From Octopus vulgaris (Eukaryota), in NCBI GenBank assembly GCA_951406725.2, contig OX597820.1, positions 51,336,001-51,400,000 of the forward strand: a DNA stretch of 64,000 nucleotides, given 5' to 3'. The number at the start of each line of letters is the position of its first letter. The stretch's first letter is position 1. Of the stretch, positions 12,791 through 22,791 are shown piece by piece. A program made the translations under genes and the position numbers. The notes below the pieces were generated by a model, which did no database searches, was not told the DNA's origin, and saw only the letters and a list, made by a program, of their open reading frames with translations.

Positions 12791-15273
12791 CACACCATCA
12801 GCAGGCACAGGTGGAGTCCCTGCTCCATCTCACAAATACCTCTTTCATGGAGCAAATAGTTCTGCAACCAACAAGGGCAGATAATATACTGGATCTCTGC
12901 TTCACAAACAATATGGATATTATCCATAATGTTAATGTGATGCCGACAATGATCTCGGATCACAACATAATAGAGCTGTCTATGTATGGAACAAAAGCCC
13001 CCGCAGACACACAGCCTATACGAAGCACCCACCATCTCTCCAACTTAAACTTTCATAAAGCCAACTGGAAGTCGATTGAGAAAGAGATCCTCAAACAGGA
13101 TTGGCCTGAATGTCTCTCCACACCGGACATAAACATGAAACACAAACACTTCATGTCCATAATACAAGCCATATGTGACAAATATGTCCCAATGTGCAGG
13201 GCCAGCACACACAAGAACAAAAACAGGATCCCTAGAGAAAGGAGGATTCTTATGAGACGACGGACAAGGATTGAAAACCGCCTGAGCAAGCACACCAAAA
13301 GTGGTGAGAAGTCTCGGCTCGAAAGAATGCTAATGGAAACTGAGAAAAGTCTACATCAGTCCCATGAAAAGGAGAGAGCAGATAAAGAAGCTTGGGTAAT
13401 AGAAAATATAAAATCAAACCCTAAAGCTTTCTTTAAGTTTGCCAAAGAGACAGTCACAGTGCACCAGAGAATAGGACCTCTCTTCCAAAAAGATGGCTCT
13501 CTCACAGGAAATCCCACGAGGATAAGTGAAATACTGAACGAACAGTTCCAAAGTGTGTTCACTACACCTCTAGGACACAGGCAAGTAAACAACCCAGAAG
13601 AATTCTTTGCCACTTTACCAGCGGCCAAAGAGACAAAAATTGAGTACATCAACATCGAAGAAGATGATATCACACTAGCCATTGATGAGATTGACACAAA
13701 CTCAGCTGCTGGACCTGATGGATTCCCAGCGATCCTTCTCAAATCGTGCAAACGAGCCCTTGCAAAACCGCTACAGCTTCTTTTTCAGAGCTTTCTTGCA
13801 AGTGGTAAGCTCCCAGTCAAACTGAAAGAGGGGGTAATATGCCCTATCCATAAGGGAGGTAGCAGAGCAGATGCTAAAAATTATAGGCCTATCTCTCTGA
13901 CCTCACACATCAGCAAAGTCATGGAACGAATAGTCCGTAAGAAACTAATCATGTTCCTTGAAGAAAATGACTTACTGTCTGACACCCAGCATGGATTTCG
14001 ACCAGGTAGAGGCTGCCTAACACAGCTCCTGCAACACTATGACTGGGTGTTGAAACAGCTACTAAATGGCTCAAATGTGGATGTAATATATCTTGACTTT
14101 GCAAAAGCCTTTGATAAAGTCGACCATGGTATGATCTGTCACAAACTGCGTGGTCTCGGCATAGGCGGGAAACTTGGAGAGTGGCTGCACAACTTCCTAA
14201 AAGACAGAAAACAGGCAGTTGTGAGCAATGGAGCCACCTCCAGGGAAACGCAAATAACAAGCGGTGTCCCACAGGGCACTGTCTTGGGGCCACTGATGTT
14301 CATAGTGGCCCTTTCAGACATGCCTTCAGTTGCTACGATGACCACCCTTGCTAGCTATGCAGATGACACAAAAGTCTCCCACGCAATACAAAACCCTGAA
14401 AATATTGCGCATCTGCAACATGAGCTGGACTCAATATACAGGTGGGCTGAGGACAACAACATGCAGTTTAATGCAGGTAAGTTCCAGGCCCTGCGCTACT
14501 GGCACACAAAGGTAAATGACGTGAAGACTGGATACACTGGCCCAGGAAGAATTGCAATCCCTGAGTCAAAATCAGTGCGTGACCTGGGCATTGACATGAG
14601 CAATGATGCATCTTTCCAAATGCATATTGCTAATCTGGTGATAAAATGCAGACGGCTAGCTGGATGGATTCTCCGAACTTTCAGAACAAGAGAGAAGGAG
14701 ACACTGATGGTCCTATGGAAAACATTTGTCCTCAGCCGCTTGGACTACTGCTCCCAACTTTGGTCACCACACAATATAAAACAAACAGCAGAACTCGAAG
14801 CAACTCAGAGAAGCTACACAAAGAAAATCGTCTCAATGCAAAATGTCAGCTACTGGGAAAGACTGAAGGTATTAAACCTCTTCTCCCTGGAGCGGAGGCG
14901 GGAGAGATATGCAGTGATATACATCTGGAAAATCCTGGAGGGTCTTGTCCCAAACTTTGGCATTCAAAGTTACTCCAACCGCAGAACGGGGCGCCGCTGC
15001 GTGGTGCCAAGGATTCCAACATCACCATCAAAATACAGGTCCAGATACTGCAACAGCTTGGGTTTCAGAGGACCACAGCTCTTTAACATCCTCCCTAAAT
15101 GCCTGAGAGACTTACATGGTGTGGATGTGGGTTTCTTTAAAACTAAACTGGATCTCTTCTTGTTGGGAGTCCCAGATGAACCTACCTCACGACAGGAGAC
15201 ACGGATGCGGGCAGCAGCATCGAACTCCCTTGTTGATCAAGTGCCACGTATCAGAGGTGGATTCACAAACTAG
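12775..15273 (+). CDS. LINE ORF2: end of endonuclease plus reverse transcriptase, uninterrupted 832 aa
   Basis: Motifs AAGPDG, NYRPISLTS, QHGFRPGR, YLDFAKAFDKVDH, SGVPQGTVLGP, YADD, RLDYCSQLWSP, SLERRRERY (CR1-group signature). Confidence 0.95.
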   Translation: MLPGMTHHQQAQVESLLHLTNTSFMEQIVLQPTRADNILDLCFTNNMDIIHNVNVMPTMISDHNIIELSMYGTKAPADTQPIRSTHHLSNLNFHKANWKSIEKEILKQDWPECLSTPDINMKHKHFMSIIQAICDKYVPMCRASTHKNKNRIPRERRILMRRRTRIENRLSKHTKSGEKSRLERMLMETEKSLHQSHEKERADKEAWVIENIKSNPKAFFKFAKETVTVHQRIGPLFQKDGSLTGNPTRISEILNEQFQSVFTTPLGHRQVNNPEEFFATLPAAKETKIEYINIEEDDITLAIDEIDTNSAAGPDGFPAILLKSCKRALAKPLQLLFQSFLASGKLPVKLKEGVICPIHKGGSRADAKNYRPISLTSHISKVMERIVRKKLIMFLEENDLLSDTQHGFRPGRGCLTQLLQHYDWVLKQLLNGSNVDVIYLDFAKAFDKVDHGMICHKLRGLGIGGKLGEWLHNFLKDRKQAVVSNGATSRETQITSGVPQGTVLGPLMFIVALSDMPSVATMTTLASYADDTKVSHAIQNPENIAHLQHELDSIYRWAEDNNMQFNAGKFQALRYWHTKVNDVKTGYTGPGRIAIPESKSVRDLGIDMSNDASFQMHIANLVIKCRRLAGWILRTFRTREKETLMVLWKTFVLSRLDYCSQLWSPHNIKQTAELEATQRSYTKKIVSMQNVSYWERLKVLNLFSLERRRERYAVIYIWKILEGLVPNFGIQSYSNRRTGRRCVVPRIPTSPSKYRSRYCNSLGFRGPQLFNILPKCLRDLHGVDVGFFKTKLDLFLLGVPDEPTSRQETRMRAAASNSLVDQVPRIRGGFTN

Positions 15274-15350
15274 TGTAGCTCATTCAGCGGTGGTGCCCCA
15301 GCATGCCGCGGCCTTCGGGCTAAAACATTTTTAAGGATTTAAGGATTTAA

Positions 15351-15426
<76 letters not shown>

Positions 15427-17719
15427 GCATATACATTTATACATACACACACACAGATGTCTGTGTATGTATGGGCTTTCTGTATCATTCTCTTCTGGAA
15501 TCACTTGCTCAGAACACATAAAATTAACAATCTTCGAAACTATTACAGGAGTTTAGACTGAGATATAGGTCGGAGCATCGTGTGACAGCCGGTAATGCTA
15601 CATCAGAAACCAACCACCAACGGTTGCTTTTGGCGCCGACTTCACCTGGACACCCACAGTTTGTAACACTCCATCCTGTTCCAAAGGCGTACATTTGTAA
15701 TACGTGTGTGTGTGTGTATTTAAATACCTATATGTATGTATATATGCATGTATGTAGGAATATATTTCTATGCATGTATCTATGTATATACATATGTGTC
15801 TCTATATTGTGATTTAAATCTGAATCTACAACCAATTGCCCTTTCTTTGGCCGCTTGAAAGCAATCTACAAGAATGACATTTGCACCAAAGAATTTCAGT
15901 TGTGTATGTGTATTTGTTTGTGTGTGTGTGTGTGTTTATAAATTTCTGTGAATAACCTTCTGTTGAAAAAACCCCCAAAAGACATAGTTTACTGGACAAA
16001 TAAATAAAATTTAAAAAAACTTATAGATACTCGTACAAACCGAGTTAGTTCGCCACCTTGACATTTAATAAACATTGTCTTCATAAATGTTGCCTTTGGT
16101 TATCCCACATATTGCAATGTGTTTCTGTCATAATCAATTATTGTACGATTATATTTATTTATTCACTGTATATTCATATTTATCCTATACACTAGTGCAA
16201 AATATAGAGCTGAGTAATTGTCCTTTGGTAATACTATATGTATGTATGTATGTATGTATGTACGTATGTATGTATGTATGTATGTATGTATGTATGTATG
16301 TATGTATGTATGTATGTATGTATGTATGTATGCATGTATGTATGTATGTATGTATGTATGTATGTGTGTATGTATGTATGTATGCATGTATGTATGTATG
16401 CATGTATGTATGTATGTATGTGTATATGTATGAATATATATGAAAATATATGTAAATCACTTACGTGTTTCTACTTCCCATCAATGGGGTGGTGGGTACA
16501 TACAGAAAACATTGACTACAAACACTGAATATAGAAGTGAAGTAGACATGCTTAGAAATATATGGTAGTTTTCTGAGTTTTGCTCAAGAATTTTATCTCT
16601 CCATTAGTGCCAGTATAGAATCAGTATTTAAAAATTTTAGTTATTAGCAAGATCTACCGATATCTGAAACTATTACAAGGTCCCTATGAAAACGTAAGCA
16701 GACGACATGCTCGTCATGTCCGAATGTTTTGTGGTGAATTCTTTCTAGCGCTTTGAATAGGTCTAAATTGTCGTTGTACCCTTGATACTCTATGCTTAAA
16801 ATGGGAAGTAGCAGATAACCAAAGCTGGGTTTCCCTTCCTACTAATACTGAATTTTAGTTAAGCACCAACGACTTAATATCAAAACCGAGGTGCGATGGA
16901 CCAATCAATTCTATACTTATTTGAATACCCATTGTTTTATTATACTCTTGACTATGTAATATTTCAAAAATATACGATGAACTTGCTTTTTTTTTCTGCC
17001 TATATAAAGTGGTGTTTTTTTAGACATAATTTCTTTGACTAATAATGCTAATTATTTCTCATTTTCTAGGAACATTTTTAACTTTATGTTTGAAAATTAT
17101 GAACGTTGTTATCTAACCGAATATCGGCCCTTCTGAACTCATGTATAGCTAAAGGTTTTGCTACCACAACATTCTAATTTCCAGTGTGTTACTAATTTTA
17201 TTTGACTTCGATTTCCAGAAGTGGACGCCACGGTACAAGACAATAATTAATTTCTCTTTATGAAATTCAGAAAATATATAACATGGAACGTTTTGACTCA
17301 ACGCTGAGTAATATTTTTCTCATATTTGTATCTATGTTTATGTTTCTCCAGCTTAAAAAAATGTGAAAGACTATTTCCTACTTTACTGCCTCAATATTCA
17401 TACATAGCAGAATTTCAGAGATCATAGTTGGCCTATGATGTATAGACTGATCTCGATTTCTCAACTAATAACATTCGATAACAGTTTTATTAGAACAACT
17501 TAATGTCACCACTGTATATTTCATGTTCGAAAATCATATAGTGATTGGGGTTTTAATTATTTCACACTTTAGAACCTTGCCAAAGGATTTTAGTATTACA
17601 GATGAACTGGTCTACTGTGACACCTAGACACATTGTCAAGCACATGCAATCCCGACCCGAAACTTATATGGAGATTAAGTGAAGATTACTCTGTTGGAGT
17701 TCACAACACTAAAGGTTTT

Positions 17720-18176
17720 ACATTATTTACATTATTTACATTCGACGGATATTTGTCCTCATCTTCCTTGTTGTTAACACAACGTTTCGGCTGATATACC
17801 CTCAAGCCTTCTTCAGGTGTCTTGGGGAGATTTCAAACTTGAGTTCTCATTCCTAAGGTATTTCTTCTTTTCTAGGAACAAAGTTAACTTCATATTTGAA
17901 AATTACGAATGCCGTTATCTAACTAATATCGGCCTTTCTGAACTCATGTATAGCTACAGGTTTTGCTATCACAGCATTCTATATTTTTAGTGTGTTACTA
18001 ATTTTATTTGACATCGGTTTCAAGAAGTGGATGCCACGGTTTGAAATTTCCCTAGGTTGAAGGGTATATCAGCCGAAACGTTGTGTTAACAACAAACAAG
18101 ATGAGGACAAATATCCGTCGAATGTAAATAATGTATATTATGTACATAATTCCTCATCTCTTAAATATAGAACTGT
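17720..18176. mobile_element. Penelope-like pseudo-LTR insertion with inverted arms and a 12-bp target-site duplication
   Basis: ACTAAAGGTTTT at 17708-17719 and 18177-18188; inverted arms 17720-17836 and 18041-18135; hammerhead motif in the left arm. Confidence 0.75.
17776..17821 (-). ncRNA. Minimal type I hammerhead ribozyme motif
   Basis: Minus strand reads GACAC-CUGAAGA-A-GGCU(loop)AGCC-GAAA-CG-UU-GUGUU: stem I GACAC/GUGUU, stem II GGCU/AGCC, palindromic AACGUU stem III, GUU cleavage triplet. Confidence 0.75.
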
Positions 18177-18866
18177 ACTAAAGGTTTTGTGATCGAATAT
18201 AACGTTTATTGATGCAATGACGTTTCCAGACAACTCCTAATGCTTGGATGAGGCCTTCAATGTTAAATCAACAGAGTTTGCATCGGTTATCATATATTGG
18301 TGTTTCTCCCGCGTCTCTGTTCCTTTTGTGCGTCAGAATCTGGCTGCTATTTTATGTCCCTAGATTGCAAACGCATCACATTCAAAGTGTGTGTCAGTGG
18401 TCCGGTTGTTAACCCAGGTTAGACTTATTTGATTACTAATGCTTAGTTTCCTGCTTACATACACACATTTCACACGATGATATGTTGCTGAAGATCAGTG
18501 ACAATTTTTGGGCATTCACTCAATCTTATTAGACAAGGAATAATTTTCGACGAGCTTCTATCCAAATCTCGATATTGCAACTGCCTTGCGTATACAAATA
18601 TCATCAGTCAACGCATTTGACAATTAGTGGTTAAATGATGTATCCGATGGGATACAATGTGAAATTCAAAAGCTGTGTGGAGCTATGTTTTAATTACAGG
18701 TGGTCTACAGCTGATGTGAAAATTGTATGTGCTGGTCAGCATATTCCTGATTCGATATCAGTGCCTCTGTTCTCGTTCAGCTACCTAGTCAGTATGTACG
18801 TATATATTTGAGTACGTATGTATGTTTGCATGCATGTGAGTATATATATATATAGACAAGCACGTA

Positions 18867-18983
18867 CAGGCTGATTCAAAAGTCGCCATACGTAATTATT
18901 AATTTTTTATAAGCAACAGTTTGTTTAACTGTTTCTTGTAAAAATAATTTTTTTCTATGTATGGTAACTTTTAAATCACCCTG
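18867..18983. mobile_element. Tc1/mariner-type MITE (117 bp)
   Basis: TIRs CAGGCTGATTCAAAAGTCGCCATAC and (reverse complement) CAGGGTGATTTAAAAGTTACCATAC, with TA on both sides. Confidence 0.8.
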
Positions 18984-19258
18984 TATATACACACACACAC
19001 GCATATATATACATGCGTATATAATAGCGTGCGTGTGCGTTGATAAATAGGGTGTTTTTTTTCTCTACTAACGTCATTCTAAAAACGACTGTGTTCGAAG
19101 GCAAACTATTATTTATAAAGAAATTATCATATTCTCCAATTTGCCCTCTAATTTCATTTGCAGTAATAGCGTTCCTAAGGACATAAACAATTTTAAACGT
19201 AATGAGTAGTATCGTCTACTTAGATGTGTGTGTGTCTGTGTGTGTGTGTGTGTATGTG

Positions 19259-19319
<61 letters not shown>

Positions 19320-19818
19320 AGTGTGTTTCGGAGATGTATTTGTCAGACAATTGAATTGATCGGAAACTCTATATTGAAATAAAAATCATAACAGTTTGAA
19401 AGACAAATATTAATAATTGAAACGCACACAGGCCCTCTTAACTTCACTTCAATATTTCCTTTTTTTATGTCAAACATTTTTTAACACATTGTGACAGTCA
19501 CTGGCACGATTCAAACGTATTTGGTTTGAGGTGAGGGTATTAAACATCTACCGGTTTCAGGATTAGAAATAGAACTTTTATCTCTATGGGCCAATCTTTA
19601 AAGTTATCACTGCCTAATATTTGGTCTATTAACAAAGTATTTCTTTGTAATTTACTAAGTTTTTTCAGTTCTCCATTCTTTGAGTTATTGGTATTCTTTC
19701 GGTATTGTATAGAAGAGCAAGTCAGAAATGATCTCAAAGAGAACATATCAGTCTTTGACTATGGAATCCTGACCAGTTAACATATGTATATGCAGGATAA
19801 TATACTGGAAACAACAAC

Positions 19819-19901
<83 letters not shown>

Positions 19902-20597
19902 CAGCTGCACCAGTAGTCAGAGGTGGAGGAGGATGTGGTGGAGGGAGATTTTAGATAGCCTTAGGGGTAATAGCAGCAGAAGCAGTAATGAAAGTAGCGG
20001 TAACAGTAATTCTGACTGCAGCAGCCGAAATGAAAGTAGCTCCTATGGAGGTGGAGTGGAAAAAATATATGCATATATTTTTCAACTAGATAATACTAGA
20101 TGTGTGTGTAGGTGTGTCCATGTATGTCCCTGTGTGTGTGACTTTGTATACGTCCTTTGTGTATGCCTTTGTCTTTTTTTTTTTAGCCAGTAATTGCTTG
20201 TTTTCATATTTGTCCTTAAATTGATATTTGGTATTCATATTCAGTCGATTTCCAGTATCGTGCTATCTTCAATAATCTTAAGCAGGAACATTTGAACTCA
20301 CCGCTTTCTCACTTAAAAATACATTGACGGACAATTCAAATTGAAATCTATCGATTTCACTCCTTATTTTTCACTTCTGCGCTTTCTTCTTCAAATTACT
20401 TTCTTTTTTTGTTTCCCTTTTTTTTTTCCTTACTGTTTCCCTTTTGATGCTTATGCTGTCGGTGGTTTATGTGTCTTTGTAGTTCATTTCATTCACATTG
20501 GTTCTTATCTCTTTCTACTTCAGTGTGTTCTTATTCTCCTTTATCGATTGCTACTTTGTACCTATTCTAGAAAGGAGTATCATCATCATCATCACCA

Positions 20598-20690
<93 letters not shown>

Positions 20691-20705
20691 CAATTATTAT
20701 TATTA

Positions 20706-20752
<47 letters not shown>

Positions 20753-20756
<4 letters not shown>

Positions 20757-21142
20757 TTTTACTCTTTAAACTAGTTTCAGTCATTTGACTGTGGCCATGC
20801 TGGAGCACCGCCTTTAGTCGAGCAAATCGACCCCATGACTTATTTTTGGAACTTATTATATCCGTCACTTTTGCCGAACCGCTAATTTACGCGGACGTAA
20901 ACACACCAGCATCAGTTGTCAAGCTATGTTGGGGGTGGGGCAAACACATACACACAAACATATACATACACGTACATATAAATATATATACATACATATT
21001 TACGACGGGCTTCTTTCAGTTTCCGTCGTCCAAATCCATTCGCAAGGTTTATGTCGGCCCGAGGCCGAAGACAGTTTCCAAAGGAACCCGGAACCATGTG
21101 GTTCGTAAGCAAGCTACTTACCATACAGCCACTCCTACGCCT
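20753..21142 (-). mobile_element. tRNA/CORE-type SINE with CR1-like tail
   Basis: Reverse complement of 21706-22151; tail reads GGCGGTGCTCCAGCATGGCCACAGTCAAATGACTGAAAC; flanked by (ATT)n. Confidence 0.85.
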
Positions 21143-21149
21143 ATTATTA

Positions 21150-21226
<77 letters not shown>

Positions 21227-21229
21227 TAA

Positions 21230-21867
21230 AAGGTGATGTGACAAAATCGTCAAAACGTGGAACAAAATGATTGGCATGTTTTTTCTGGACTCTTTAGGAT
21301 CTGAATTCAAATAGCACTGAGATAAACTTTGCAATTGATTGTTTCGGGGTCGATAAAATAAAGTAACAGTTGAGCATAGGATTGATATAATACACTAACC
21401 TCGTCCCCACTCAAGCTTCTGGCTTTCTACCGTGCTTTTGGTGCCGATAGTGTTCCGAAATTTCTCGGGTCCATTGATGTAATAAAGGAGAAATTCCAAG
21501 TCGGAGTTTATCATTAGGTCTGCAGCATACATCGGCTCACATTTTTAATACTATATATACTTTTATCTAATATTCTTCTTTTCTTTTCTTTAGCTTCAGT
21601 TGATGCCCCAGTAGCAAATAAAATAAATACTCATAAATACTCATCTTCATCCACTTTATCATAATCATTTATAAATGTTGTTGTTATTATTGCTATTATT
21701 ATTTAGGTGTAGGAGTGGCTGTGTGGTAAGTAGCTTGCTTACCAACCACATGGTTCCGGGTTCAATAAAACTGCGTGGCACCTTTTGCAAATGTCTTCAA
21801 CTATAGCCTCGGGCCGACCAAAGCCTTGTGAGTGGATTTGGTATACGGAAATTGAAAGAAGCCCGTC

Positions 21868-21913
<46 letters not shown>

Positions 21914-22475
21914 ATATGTATGTATGTGTATGTATATGTTTGTGTGTCTGTGTTTGTCCCCCCAACATCACTTGACAACAGATGGTGGTGTTTTTACGTC
22001 CCCCGTAACCTAGCGGTGCGGCAAAGGGGAAGCGAAAGAATAAGTACTACGCTTACAGAAAGTAAGTCCTGGGATCGATTTGCTCGATCGACTAAAGGCG
22101 GTGCTCCACCATGGCCACAGTCAAATGATTGAAACAAGTAAAAAAAAAAGAGTTGCTGTTGTCATTATTGTTGTGGTTTTACCTCTCAGTGTGCTCGATC
22201 TTGTTTGCTCCGGTAGAATTTGTGACAGCGGACAGTATCATGCTGTCAGAGGCCTCACAATGTTTCTTTTCGGACATGCTAAGCTTCGATATTTGGTTGT
22301 TAATTATGGTGGATGATAATCAGTACCCAAGTACCAAGCTGAAAAGCCTAGCTGTTCGCAACGGCGCAGTTTTCTGGGCTTGCCCTACAATCATATCAAT
22401 TCCGAAATTTCTCGAAATCTGTTGTTACTACTACTACTACTACTACTACTGGAGCTGCTGGCTCTACTGCTGCTG

Positions 22476-22536
<61 letters not shown>

Positions 22537-22759
22537 AACTACTACTAGTTGGCTAAATCGCTAGAACGCCGAACAAAAATGCTTAGCAGTATTTCGTCCG
22601 TCTATACGTTGTGGATTCAAATTCTTCTGACATCGACTTTATCTTTCATCTTACGGTATCGATGAAAGAAATACCAGTTGATCAATCGGGTCGATGTTAT
22701 CAATTTGTTACATCTCTCAAAATTTCAGGGTTTTAGCCAACATTTAAACATATTCTTAC

Positions 22760-22791
<32 letters not shown>

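Larger units (their letters stand above)
11449..15353 (+). mobile_element. Young CR1-group LINE, 5'-truncated within ORF1, inserted in (TA)n
   Basis: Sharp GC-rich block flanked by (TA)n on both sides; ORF1 plus APE endonuclease plus RT; short 3' UTR ending in three TTTAAGGA repeats (short tandem tails are typical of CR1/L2-group LINEs). Confidence 0.93.

Noticed and set aside
11256-15031. Antisense and alternate-frame ORFs over the LINE
   Set aside because: Shadow ORFs of a GC-richer coding element
17062-17234. Duplicated segment starts with TTTTCTAG|G like a splice acceptor
   Set aside because: Stops in all three forward frames; a non-coding exon cannot be supported without RNA data
21706-21780. 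tRNA-like sequences here and at 54364 and 59400-59467
   Set aside because: SINE heads with A/B boxes but no complete cloverleaf
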